A stretch of 64,000 nucleotides of DNA, from assembly GCA_951406725.2 (NCBI GenBank), contig OX597828.1:65038001-65102000 (forward strand). Direction: 5' to 3'. Positions within the stretch are counted from its first letter, which is position 1, and every line of letters starts with the position of its first letter. The stretch comes from Octopus vulgaris (taxonomy: Eukaryota). Position numbers and translations under genes: made by a program. This document shows positions 12,934 through 25,808 of the stretch, piece by piece. The notes under the pieces were generated by a model. It searched no databases and was not told the DNA's origin. It was given only the letters and a program-made list of their open reading frames with translations.

Positions 12934-13010
12934 GCTCACAACGATCGTTTCACCACACCTGCATCCATCGCTTCAGCACCGATGCACAATAGTTACATCG
13001 TCAGGCGCGA
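12934..13010 (-). ncRNA. Candidate type I hammerhead ribozyme with long stem II
   Basis: Minus strand: CGC-CUGACGA-[ACUAU..UGCAUC..GAUGCA..GUGGU]-GAAAC-GAUC-GUU-GUG; palindromic stem III region. Confidence 0.5.
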
Positions 13011-14852
13011 TGTAAGAAGAATTATCTCGTTAAATGTACATATATATATGTATGTGTGTGTGTGTTTGTGTGTATACATATATATATAGAGAGAGAGGCA
13101 GGCAAGTGTATATATATATGCACACGCGAATGTGTTTGTATGTGCCACCGTGTGTAGATGTAGACATGCGCACACCTCCCACAACAAACGCACACGTACA
13201 CGCACAAACTCACACATGAATCGTGTCGATTTTGTAATTCAAACATCCAAAAACCTAAAGCTATTTAATTGACTAGTTTATTATTGTTATTATTATTATT
13301 CTTTAGTATCTAATGTATGGGTATGCTGTGATTACTACATGCTGCCAATCAAATTTTTTTATGCATGTTTGACCAACTGTACATGTTTGACCAAATGTAC
13401 TTCTACTAATGAATAAAGGATAACGTGATCCACTACTTGTCACTAAACTGCATTTCTAAACGAAGATAAACTGAATAGAGAGCAATTGACCACCATATGC
13501 CTCCATTTTCTTGTTATGAACGTTAAGGAAGATCCACGTGATACCCGACATGAGCTGAACTATAAAGATCTATATATGAATCCTTTGTGCATAATCAAAC
13601 ACCACAAACGTACAGAAGCGTACAAACATACACATGCGTACATGTAGAGTAACATAACTGCGCGGAATTATACTCGTAAACATGTGTGTACATGGATAAG
13701 TTTTTGTGTGTGTTTATCATTATATATACGTACACGTATGATTATGTATACGCGTATGTATATCTCTGTGCGTGTATTTGGATATGCTTGTGTGTATGTG
13801 TACAATTGTGTTTTTCTATTGTGTATCTTCTCCTTACAAATTACTATGTTACCATCTGTAGAAGTCCACTAGTCTCATTAGTTATTGATACATTGAAATT
13901 CTAGAATTTGTATTAAGAGATTTATGCTTTGCTTCATTCCTAAAAGCATAGACATAGTGGCACCAAAATAGGATTTGCAGCCATTATCGCAGAAGTATTC
14001 AGCTATATGAGAAAAGTGGCACATACTGCACTTCTTTGAAGATGTTAATATTTCCTTTTCTTAATATTGTTTCTTAGAGTTATTTTATTCAAGTTAATCT
14101 CGATATGAATGCCTCTGATAATTTTAATTCTTCTTCCAATATGTATAATCTCTATTTTCTGAACAAAGTGTTTGTAACACTCGAGGCAGAAAAATAACTA
14201 CGTGATGGAGCTGTCAGCAAATAGCAAAGAAGAAGCCTTAGCTGAAAACTACTGCTTGGATAAGGAGGTTTAGAAATCAACATTTGAAAATAATGGAAGA
14301 AACCGGAAATGGTGAAAACTCGTGATTTTTTACCACGTAAAATATCTGTACAAAAACAAATCTAATAAACAAAATTTATGTAAGAAAATAAGAAATAAAC
14401 TGAAATAGATAAGCATTATAATGAAAAAGAAATTTCTCTGAAATATAACGTAATAACATGTTTCATATAATGCATTGTCATAAACAGCTTTTCAATCATT
14501 GAGTGAATTCACAGCAGTAGGAATTATATTATTCCATATAACTAATATAGTGTTTTGCTCATAACATCAATTTATTTCATATTAGTAAGTTATGTTTCTT
14601 AATTATAACTTCCGTTTTTAGAACTCTGTAAAGTTTGATTACAAGGACAGAGATCGTGGCAGAACTCTCTGTATTCCAGGTTTTGCAGTTCGTTTCCGGT
14701 GAAGTTTTAACGCTTCATTAAGTTGTATGACTACAGTTATTACAGTATGTTGAATGATAGAAACACGGTCGAAAATTCGGATAACATATAATTAATATAT
14801 CTATCTATTCTTAAATATAGTGACATTATAGATGGATGGATAGATAGTTAAA

Positions 14853-14906
<54 letters not shown>
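14853..14906. repeat. (GATA)n microsatellite
   Basis: Directly visible. Confidence 0.95.
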
Positions 14907-14908
<2 letters not shown>

Positions 14909-15060
14909 GTTTCTTTATTGGCCACACAGGGCTGCACACAGATGGGACAAGTTACAAGGTAGAGCTTTTCTTTTGGGGGTGAAGAAAACAAAAAAAAAAG
15001 GGGGTGGCGTAGGTTTTCGATCAAGAGGGATCGTAAAAGGGAAGAGAAGAACAAAAAAAT
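14907..15060 (-). mobile_element. 3' tail of a non-LTR retroelement abutting (GATA)n
   Basis: Minus strand ends ...ttgtcccatctgtgtgcagccctgtgtggccaataaagaaac, then (TATC)n; GATA repeats recur at 15091-15104. Confidence 0.65.
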
Positions 15061-15108
15061 AAATAAATAAATAAAATAAAAAATAAAAAGAGATAGATAG
15101 ATAGAGGT

Positions 15109-15163
15109 ATTACTCTTTTACTTGTTTCAACCATGTGGCTGCGGTCATGCTGTGGCACCACCA
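15109..15163 (-). mobile_element. SINE family D 3' end fragment
   Basis: Reverse match to ggtgctccagcatggccgcagt...gaaacaagtaaaagagtaa (24739-24788). Confidence 0.7.
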
Positions 15164-15346
15164 TGGGCTGAAGTACACATGCACACACACACACACACGC
15201 ACACACACACACACAAAGACGGGGAATTAAAATGACAAGGCAAGAAGATATTATATCGATACCTTCATTAGCTTGCAGCTGTTTCTGCTACAATGCACTT
15301 ATATTTGAGTGGTTGTGCATCACCCTATTGACCCAACAACATATCT

Positions 15347-15568
15347 GACGGCGAACTGGTAACATCGTTAGCACGCCGGGCGAAATGCTTAGTGGTATTT
15401 CGTCTGCCGTTACGTTCTGAGTTCAAATTTGATCGAGGTCAATTTTGCCTTTCATCACTCCGGGGTCGATTAAATAAGTACCAGTTACGCATTGAGGTCG
15501 ACTTAATTTCATTGTCTGTCCTTGTTTGTCTCATCTGTGTTTAGCCAGCTGTGGGCAATGAAGAAACA
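15347..15568 (+). mobile_element. SINE family A
   Basis: Full-length match to 31941-32173. Confidence 0.9.
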
Positions 15569-15691
15569 AGTATACGTGACTAAGTATGAGTGTCTATATA
15601 TGTAGATACGTATGTATGTTCATATCCATATATGCAGCTAAGTTTAATATATGCATATAGCTTTGTACACACACATAGATATATATATGGT

Positions 15692-15693
<2 letters not shown>

Positions 15694-15727
<34 letters not shown>

Positions 15728-15785
15728 TGGATGGATGGATGGATGGATGGATGGATGGATGGATAGATAGATAGATAGATAGATG

Positions 15786-15848
<63 letters not shown>
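15694..15848. repeat. Compound (GA)n/(GATG)n/(GATA)n
   Basis: Directly visible. Confidence 0.95.
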
Positions 15849-15849
<1 letters not shown>

Positions 15850-15850
15850 T

Positions 15851-16107
15851 GAGGTGTGCATGGCCTTAGTATGTTCACTCGATCGTGATTTCAATTCATA
15901 GACCGGTTGGGGTATTGTTTTCTTCCCAAAATTACTTCGTCTCACGTTGCTCTACGATCACTTCGACATCTGACGAGCGATACACCGTGCATCTTTTTAG
16001 AAAACGTCGATTTGATGGAGAGACTAAGCTAATATGCGGTACGAACATTGTGTAGGTCGTTCGGCAGGAGCTGAACGTTCGGAAGTCGTTCTTGACGGGA
16101 GAGTCCA
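15851..16107 (+). mobile_element. Decayed SINE, family C-like head with another tail
   Basis: gcatggccttagt...gatcgtg...gaccgg...tcacgttgctc resembles the 33558 head and core. Confidence 0.5.
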
Positions 16108-16108
16108 T

Positions 16109-16154
<46 letters not shown>

Positions 16155-16223
16155 TGTATGTATGTATGTATGTATGTATGTATGTATTATGTATGTATGT
16201 ATGTATGTATGTATGTATGTATG

Positions 16224-16282
<59 letters not shown>

Positions 16283-16286
<4 letters not shown>

Positions 16287-16479
16287 TTAATCGAAACATG
16301 AAAACACAAAGAGAAAACATAACAACGCGAGGACGTGGAACAAGTATAGTATTATTGGACGCTCAGGAAAGAAGGAGGATTTAACGTTTCGAGCGGAGCT
16401 CTTCGTCAGAAACATAGGAAAAGGAAAGATCCAAAGAAGGGAAGACGGAGGAAAAAAATCGCCAACGGTACACACGCGG

Positions 16480-16482
<3 letters not shown>
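16283..16482 (-). mobile_element. Short non-autonomous element within (TA)n, Penelope-like (hammerhead-bearing)
   Basis: ~200 nt of non-microsatellite sequence bounded by (TA)n, with a hammerhead core at 16380-16412. Confidence 0.55.
16380..16412 (-). ncRNA. Candidate minimal type I hammerhead ribozyme
   Basis: Minus strand UUU-CUGACGA-A-GAGC-UCC-GCUC-GAAAC-GUU-AAA: intact core, 4-bp stem II, palindromic AACGUU, 3-bp stem I. Confidence 0.65.
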
Positions 16483-16524
<42 letters not shown>

Positions 16525-18089
16525 CACGCACACACAAAAATGAGACAAGAACGCAAAACATCCATTATATATATATTTACATGCACGCATAACAAGCATA
16601 TATGACATACATGTAAAACATGATTACATATGTATATGCGGGGGGGGTGTATTCACATGTAACATACTGTAAATATCAAAGTAAAATGGATATCTTTGAC
16701 GACTAATATCATATTACTCATGAAACTTCATAATATTTATAAACTACACTGATTGTAAAACTGTCATTTATGTCATATATCTATTTCCTGACATTTATGT
16801 CTTAAAACTTTTTCCCGATACTCTCATGAAACAGCTTCCATAAAACGTGTGTAAAAAGAGATTTGTCTATTTTGCAATAATCTCCTACGCAGATTCACGT
16901 TTTACTCGATAGTATAATTCCTCATAGGGGTATTTTCCTGTAAATTTGTGTAACATTACGCGCATGGACTAAACTTTCCCATACTTCTTTCAGGAAAAGA
17001 CACTCCGCAGTCATAGAGTTTATAAGGACATAATAACATATTATTTATTTTTCATCCATAGTTAATAGACGAAATTCTTACTCTAGGGTAACAATGCAAT
17101 ACTTGATTTGGTTTACGGTCCCCGTGATGTCTCAACTTTCATTTTTTAAGGAGATATTCATGTAATAGCATCGATACTATTGCGCAGATGAATGCAGATC
17201 TACAATAGAACGATCTATTTTGTTATGCTTTAACGCATTTCGTCGCTTGCTTTATATTTGTTTAGTATTTCATTTGGAATTCAACAGTTTGTGATAACCT
17301 GACAGCGTTAATAGTCTAATAAACGTGAAAAACCACCTGGGATAGATCTTTATCTGAAAATGTAGTAATATCCATTTACTTCGGTTCTGTATTATCCTCT
17401 GGATAGGTTTATTCTATTTGTCAGATTGGCTACCTCTACAGAAATCTAATGCACTGTATTCTATGGTACTTAAAACATTTGCTAAACCAATAAGAATATG
17501 ATATTTTACTGGAGATAAACTTTATCAGCTCTGCAGGATAAGTGCTGCCTAACGATAAACAATGAAGCGAAAATCCTTTCCCGTATCCTATAAGTTAATA
17601 CGCATAGATTCCGAGCTATTAACCTTCACTTTTTTCGATAATTTCTTTTAGATACTTATACCTACATGGTTTCCGATTAGCAGGGAACTTATTCTTGTAC
17701 AAGAGTAGATTCGAAAAGGAGGCATTATTTCTAAAGTAATGGCAGTAAAAATTATGGTATCCACAAAGCATAGGTTGTGAATAAATATGCATGAGGAATC
17801 ATGTCTTTATGATTAATAAGCATTTACCTTATCTACATATGAAGGTAGACACTGTGGTTAAAACATAATACGTTCCGTATATTCGAATCAGGGTTGACCC
17901 GATTACGTTTGCCTTAATTAAAACTCATCTGTGATTATTAGATTCTGCTTCAAAGATGTCGAAAATATGTAGCGTGAGTCAAATGTTGAGAAATGTGAAC
18001 AAGTTTCTGAATAGCGCTACTTGCACACCAATACGGCTTATGTTAAAGATCCATAAAATAATCTGCTTGTTCGTTCGCCCGTTATACTT

Positions 18090-18455
18090 TAGTTAGAGAG
18101 GTGGAGTTGGTGAGAGATGGGGTGAGTGAGAGGTTAAGTGAGTGAGAGGTGGAATGAGTGAGAGGTGGAGTGAGAGAGTGTCCTTTATACAAATCCACAA
18201 TTTTTCAGTTAGAGGGCTCCCACTTCCCATGGTCATTCAAAACCGTTCAAGGGTGGTCGTGCACATCTTTACATTTCCCCAGTCACCCTGCAAAGCCATT
18301 AAAAAGTCAGTAGAAGTGAGTTTTAGTGAATTTTCTATTCAAAACCCAACCAAAATGCCTGAAACTTGATACGCCAATTGAATGCTAGCTAGCTGTATAT
18401 GATTGGTCGGAGATTTGGACAGTACTCGCATGTATGTGCGCACGCACGCAGCTGT
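18090..18455 (+). mobile_element. Probable non-autonomous (Helitron-like) repeat with GAGT/GAGAGGT subrepeats
   Basis: Internal minisatellite followed by a gtcctttatacaaatccacaattttt motif recalled from Helitron-derived repeats; termini not confirmed. Confidence 0.35.
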
Positions 18456-18469
18456 ATATGCATGCACCA

Positions 18470-18505
<36 letters not shown>

Positions 18506-18954
18506 AGTGAGTAGTTGACAGTGAAATAAGCTTAAAACAGATAACGCAGCGTAGTACTCAAAAGTGGATGAGAACCTAAACTCCAACCTCGTCCTGCAGA
18601 GCCAGAGCTTTCGTAGAGAAAGTCGGCTATAAGAATAATCCTTAAAGACTTCTTATGGAGGAAGCAAGATAGATATAAAGGCTTAAAGAGAGTGGTGGAG
18701 TAATGAGGAAGGGGTGGGAGGAGGTGGGGTAGTTAATGGGATACACATGATGAGGACATTATCTCTCATGTCTTTCTCAAGAAATAGTTCCTTAGAATTC
18801 CTTAGAATTATGATTAGTTTAGCAACAAAACAGAACAAAAAGAAATTATTTAAACTTCTGAAACACATTTAAAGATTATAAACGTTCCAAGGGAATCGAA
18901 GAAATGTCTTGTAGATAAAACAAGAACAACACCACCAACAACAAAACTAATAAA

Positions 18955-19330
18955 GGTTCCATATTTTGGCATAAGGCTAGCAAGATTGGGGGAGGGGATA
19001 AGTCGATTACATCCACCCCAGTCCTGAACTGGTACTTTGCCTTTCATTCTTTTGGTGTCAATAAGAGGAAATGGATTGAGGAGGAGGAGGAGGGGGGAGG
19101 GGAGGAAAAGGAGGAGAGGTAGAGGAGCAAGACGGCTTCAATTTTTGGCACATGACCAGGAATTTTAGGAGGAGAGAGTAGTCAGTTTACATCAACCCTA
19201 ATACTCGTCTCGCAGTTGATCTGATCGATTCTGAGGTGATGGAAGTCAATGCTAACCTTGGTGAGATTTGAAATCAGAACTTAGAAAAGTCTAACGAAAT
19301 AGCGCAACGTATTTTGCTCGATGATCTAAC
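18955..19330 (-). mobile_element. Two decayed SINE family A fragments separated by a GGA-rich tract
   Basis: ttttggcataaggc...gtcgattacatc at 18964 and tttggcacatgacc...gagatttgaaatcagaac from 19144. Confidence 0.6.
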
Positions 19331-19859
19331 AATCTTCCCCCACAGATTAATTCTTGCTATAACCACCAGTCAGAACAAGAAAAAAGAAACATAACGCATT
19401 TTAAGGTAAATGTAACATAACTCGTTTTGCACCTACACAACAACTGAATGAAACGTTGAAATAACATCGAAATAAAATAAAATGAGCCATGTCAAAAAGC
19501 AAAACTGATATAGAATAAAAACGTTTCTAAACGCCCCAAAACACGAAATTCGCCAAAAAAAAATGTTAGAAATAAAAAGACAAAAAAAAGAATTAGGACT
19601 GTATACAAACAGGAGAAATAGAATAAATAGTAGTTTGAAGAAGAATGGACCCGTCCGTGTTACTGAATGAATGTTTACCTTGGAAACATTTCCTAGCGTG
19701 AAATAAAGAATGTCTTGTTCGTAAGAATGAAAGTTCACTATTGCTGTATCAGTTTACGTTAGTGAGTCTAAGAATAGACCACATACTGTATGCGTATGTC
19801 AATTTCTGTCATTGACATCAGGGAATGTTTCTTGAATATTTATATAACTGGCTATGTAC

Positions 19860-20210
<351 letters not shown>

Positions 20211-21135
20211 GAAGGGATGAATGGATAAAGGGATGGATGGATCAGCGAGTGACTCAGTTCATAAATATACTGAAGAATGTGTATCAAAATAAATACCGAA
20301 GGATGTGTATGTGTATGCGCGCGTGCATGCGTGTGTGTGTGTGCGCGCGCGCGTGTGTGGGTGTAAAATAAAATAAAATGTGAGATGCATGTATGCTTGC
20401 ATGCATTGATATATATATAAATTCAGAGAAAACGGAGAATGCACGGATATGTAGAACCACAGTCCAGTCAAATTAATATGTTCATTCACATTGCCTACGC
20501 TGCGTTTCGGCTGATTGCTGTTATTCAACATTTACACTTTTAAACTGCATTATGAATTTGAAAAAGCAAAAAGTCTCCTCAGAGCCTAATTGACTGATAT
20601 TTTTCACAACCTAACGAATGGAGAGTGTATTCCGATTGAATTGTAGCATGTGCGTCTTAGGTTCTGTTCTAAAAATAGCTAAAAGTTGATTTTTCGACCT
20701 TAATGGACAAGGGATAGGCATAGTTCAGAAGAACTAGGTCATGTGACTATTCCCCTTCTTTTGTAATACCAATTAACTATTTACAAGCCTGTCATTACTT
20801 ATCATCCTATTCAGTATGTCCGTAACATATTCTTCTACGTCTTTATTCCACCCTTTTGGTCAAAGTGATGAACTATTTATGTTTACAAGCCTGCCTCTAC
20901 TATTTATACTATTCAGCATATCCATAACATAACCATCGATGACCTAATAAATAAGTCTAGGTATGTTGCTAATAGTTCTTTTTATTTATCAATTTTATAT
21001 GAACACTATTATTTATATTTGTAAGACTTATATTAGTTACTAATAAATAAAATTATTTATTCAAATGTATTATTTGATAGGTTGGGTTCATACATATATA
21101 TATTTTTCCTATTTAAAATATAGTATAGATTCAGG

Positions 21136-21297
21136 TTTCATAGGTATTATTTACACGGTGTTTATTTTAACTGTGTCTATTTAAATTTATTAAGGGTATA
21201 TTTAACTTTGTGAACTATTCATAGGTATTATTTTTCACAGTGTTTATTTTAACCGTATCTGCTTTAAATTTATTGAATGTATATTTGACTTTATGAA
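21136..21297. repeat. Two-copy ~82-bp diverged tandem duplication
   Basis: ttcataggtattattt...actttgtgaa repeated as ttcataggtattattt...actttatgaa. Confidence 0.8.
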
Positions 21298-21452
21298 TAC
21301 AATAGCGTCCTCTTTCTGTCCTGCTGTTGATTAATTTGCGTTTCGATGTAAGAATCTGGTCAATTTCTTCGATGCAAAGTTCACATCTTTTGTTCCCAAT
21401 GCTATAAGATTTTGCTCCGCTAACTATTTCCCACCTTACTTTTATCCTTAAT
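21258..21452 (-). pseudogene. Penelope-like element, C-terminal tail of the GIY-YIG region
   Basis: Minus strand VRWEIVSGAKSYSIGNKRCELCIEEIDQILTSKRKLINSRTERGRYCIHKVKY matches the recalled W.I...A..Y....K.C.LC..E...I.....N.R.E....C.H pattern of PLE ORF ends. Confidence 0.65.
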
Positions 21453-22004
21453 CAAACAAATTAGTTTACCTTTGATTTGTCTTCCAAATAATATAATTTA
21501 ATATGATATTAATGATAGGATAGAAGTAACTTCTAATAATCATAATTTTAAAGTAGTAATTATTCTCACTTATTTGCAGCCTAATTTGTCAATTCTGATT
21601 TAGGTATCAATTAATCTTTTGTATATAAAGAAAAGGTCAAGATGCACTGAATTTCATCATCGTTAGCACATGTCTAAATATATTTGAGCAGTACTCCGTC
21701 GACATTTTATCGTCATAAAATTATTATTTAGTAATATCACTAGCAACAATGAATTATAAAGATACTGCAGAATATATTTCTTATACCAACAATAGACCAA
21801 GTTCTGAAACGATAATGAACAGCAATATGATATACCTGATTCTGAAACTTAACAACAGCTACGACATTGCACATATGTGAGGCAGGCGGTTAGATAAATT
21901 TTGACTCCACATATAATAAATGCTACACATAATGCAGTTTATAATGCATATATTTTAGGTAAGCCTCATGCAAATCTTGAATATGAACTAGTCATGAATG
22001 AAAT

Positions 22005-22053
<49 letters not shown>

Positions 22054-22087
22054 GGTTTGGGGATGATGTACAGGTATTTTATATTAG

Positions 22088-22319
22088 AAGAAATGAGGTA
22101 CTCAGAAATTCGGATGGTTTTATATTTACACAACACACTCAATAACACTATAAAATGGTCAAAACTTTCACAGGAACTTAGTTCGATTTGAAAACCCCAC
22201 TAGAATGGGAAAAAGCGCTAATATATGATGTAAGTTATATGATGTATAAAAACATGTAATATACAAATAAATATCTGTAAATAGAAAAACCATCCGAATT
22301 TCTGAGTACCTCATTTCTT
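22088..22319. mobile_element. Inverted-repeat (MITE-like) element
   Basis: ~43-bp arms at 22088-22130 and 22276-22319 (aagaaatgaggtactcagaaattcggatggtttt...), nearly perfect. Confidence 0.75.
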
Positions 22320-22362
22320 ATATATATGATACTCTAAATTATTCATAAACTTGAAGTGCTAT

Positions 22363-22490
22363 TATCTTTTATCTTTTAGTTGCTTCGCTCATTAGACCTC
22401 GACCATACTGTGGCACCACCTTCTAGACTTTAAGTCGAAACAATCGACTCCAAAGTCGTGTTCTTCTATCAGTCTCTTTTGGTGAACTTA
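22363..22490 (-). mobile_element. SINE family D 3' part, decayed
   Basis: cttttagttgcttc...gaccatactgtggcaccacc. Confidence 0.55.
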
Positions 22491-22959
22491 TTGACAACTT
22501 GCAGTAATGTCGTATGAACTTTGGGTAAACAGAGAAATAGTATAAGCATATATACCTATGCAGGAGCTTTCGTACACGTATTTATGCGTTACACAGAGAT
22601 ACCCCTACGTATGGTGTGCAGTTATGCCTGTCATAAATATATTTACCTGTGTGAGTATATATGGGTTCAGGAATATGTGTGACTATGAGTGGAGAGTTTA
22701 AATCAATATCCTAGTGTAATAACCAGTTCTCTGATGATGATTATGATGTGATTATTTCAAACCTGTAGCCTAAACTACCACACTAATTGCCAATTAGTTT
22801 ACATTAACAGAACTTTAATTGAAGAACGCTTTAAGTCCTTTAGATTTTATCTACATTTCGCAAGGATGAACGTAAAATTATTGTTTTATATACGTCGATT
22901 ATATATGTAAACATTACAACATCAAATTCTCGTGCCTCTGCATGTATGTACATCTGTAC

Positions 22960-23260
22960 ACACATAAACGCACATATGTATGTGTATGTATATAAATATA
23001 TATTTACACACACACATACACACACACACAAATATATATATATATAGTCGTTGTAGGCGACTATATAAATATATACATATATAATTACATGTGTATATAT
23101 ACATATATATATATACAAATATATATACATATATACATGTATGTGTATGTATATATATATACATATGTATGTATATGTATACATATATATATATATGTAT
23201 ATATATGTATATATGTATATATATATATATGTGTGTGTGTTAATATATTATATTATATAT
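22960..23260. repeat. Degenerate (TA)/(CA)/(TATG) microsatellite field
   Basis: Directly visible. Confidence 0.9.
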
Positions 23261-24280
23261 TGTTACATTACATGATACACAATAATCTTTTATTTCCGGT
23301 TAAATGAACATGATGGATTTGTATCTGTTCCTTTTCTAATTTGTGTCTGTTACTTTTCCTGACGTTTTCTATAATCTTAGGGAAATATTTCCATTAAACT
23401 TTAATACACACACACACACACACAAATAGATACATACACATAAATACATACACACACATCTTCCTTTTACTTTTTTAAAATGTCCTTCAGCTCGTCCTAC
23501 AGATTCGTCTTTTTTACATTGTAAACGCTCATAACATGTCTTAAACATGGACATTTTCATCTAATCTGTTTTACATGGATTGTATATGTGGCCTTGTTTT
23601 TAAAAGCCTACACTTTTGGTGATATGAAATACATCATACATATGCTTGTGAGTGCGTGCGCACGTTTGTGTGTCTGTTTCTTCGTACGTGTTTACGTGCC
23701 TCAGTGCGTGTGCAAGCTATTCATGATACTATCCGTAAACACAAAATCTAAGTACAGAAAATTATGGAGAGGATGATTTTCAATTACTGCATTCTGATAT
23801 TTTGCTCCGAAATTTTGATTATAACACTACTATACAATATTTACATCAGTACACTTAAAATTCACCACAATCACTAACGAATGATGTTGATTTCTAAAGT
23901 ATTAAGAGAGATTCATTTGCATCGAAGTGAGAAATGCTCCGATAGAAAGGAATGTCATGATAGTCCAAATAGATAGAGTAATTTGAAGGGTTGGAAATCA
24001 CAAACATTCAATAATTGAGTCGTTTTTCAAGAGGATTTTAATATTGACGTCACGTGTTTTCCAATCGCTAAACAACGGCACCATCGCCGCTTTAAAATTT
24101 TTGGCTTTGATCGTGATAAAAATGGCAACCGTAAATAATTGATGGCAAAGTATGCAGATAAACAGAGATTAAGTTAGTTATCTATTTGTGCAATATTAAT
24201 AGCGTTTTATCTGCAGTAAAGCCAGCATAGATTAAACACTTGCTGCTGTTTTTCCTGATTATCTTACCACAGAACAATGA

Positions 24281-24409
24281 TTGATTCCCAATCACATGGT
24301 TCCGAGTTCAGTCCCACTGTGTGGCAAATCGGGCGTCCTGTACTGTAGTCCCGGACTGGCCAAAGCCTTGTGAGTGGTTTTCGTAGACGGAAACCGGAAG
24401 AAACCAGTA

Positions 24410-24447
<38 letters not shown>

Positions 24448-24788
24448 GAGTGTATTTTTACCTTAACAATTAACACGGAAAAATATTCTTTTGAATAGTA
24501 TCAGTGGAATTTTCGAAACATGTGTCGAAAGTAAAAATATTTCATTACACCTGCGTTAACTCCATTTTTTTATTCATATATATATATATATATATATATA
24601 TTTGTGTGTGTTTGTCTCCCTCCCCCACCATCACTTGATAACTGATGCTGGAGTGTTTATATCCCCGTATTGTAGGCAAAAGATAACGATAGAACAAGTC
24701 CTGGGGTCAATTAGTTCGACTAACACCCTTTCAATGCGGTGCTCCAGCATGGCCGCAGTTAAATGACTGAAACAAGTAAAAGAGTAAA
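24281..24788 (+). mobile_element. SINE family D (tRNA-like head, internal TA/TG microsatellite, conserved tail)
   Basis: cacatggttccgagttcagtcccactg head; tail gcggtgctccagcatggccgcag...aagtaaaagag; extra AT-rich insert in the middle. Confidence 0.8.
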
Positions 24789-25412
24789 GGTGTCTCAGAC
24801 ATAAATCCTCTAAAATTCTTATATTCGTTTTCCGAAGTCGATAAGACAGCCGTTGAATAGGTCGCTTGGCCCTTCTTTAAACGGAGAAAGGACTATCATA
24901 CACCCCGAAAATCTCTCGAAAAACGGTCAACCTGGATTTGAAGAAAAAATTAGAGGCTGTAAGTGAAAGATTTATCTTTATACTATCATATGCGGTCTTT
25001 GAGAAAACACAATAATCCTCTAAAAATCACCCATTAGACATACATTTCAACAGCACTGAACACTTCACAGTTCTAACAATGAATATACTCTAAACTTTAG
25101 AGTCAAAAGCTATTGACGCCAAACCAACTGACGTTCCACAAATCACCAACACAAAGAACAGCAACGTTGAATAACAGCGAGAATAACGGTAACACCAGTA
25201 ACACTGAACAATAACGGCAATGAAACACATCCGTTACAACTAGTAAAAAACAATACAAAACATTACCAACAACAACAACGACAATAACATACAGCTGTTA
25301 CGACTAGTATGGAAATAATAGCATCGTTTTTAAGTGCAATAGAAATAACGATTGCTATGTCAGTGACGATGTCCCAGATTTGAAGCTAAATCTCAGACAC
25401 TACGTTACCAGC

Positions 25413-25808
25413 CCTGGACGTTATCAAAGAAGCTTGAGAGGCGGTTGGATGGAACTTACACTCGCTTCCTTATGAGGGCTCAAAATCTCTCGTGGAAGCG
25501 TCATCCAACCAAAGTACAAATATATGGGAAACTACCACCTGTATCCTCCCTTGTGAAAGGTAGAAGAGTCCAGTTTGCTAGACATTGTTGTAGAGCTGAA
25601 AATGAGGTAATTTCTACTCTTCTCCCCTGGAAGCCATCTGCTCCTGATACCAGAGGGCGCACATTCTCCTACCCTGATGTAATCTCCAGGGATACAGGCA
25701 TCCAACAACAGGGCCTCCGTAATGCTATGATGGACCGTGAAGTCTGGCGTAACATAGTAAATTCTATTGTCTCGACCACGGTCGAACAATGATGATGATG
25801 ATGATGAT
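25413..25808 (+). mobile_element. RTE-clade LINE, 5'-truncated 3' end with (GAT)n tail
   Basis: Open frame WTLSKKLERRLDGTYTRFLMRAQNLSWKRH...RRVQFARHCCR...AMMDREVWRNIV* followed directly by (TGA)n. Confidence 0.88.

Noticed and set aside
15965-16012. Hammerhead-like CTGACGA...GAAAACGTC
   Set aside because: Stem I does not pair, and stem II is not adjacent to GAAA
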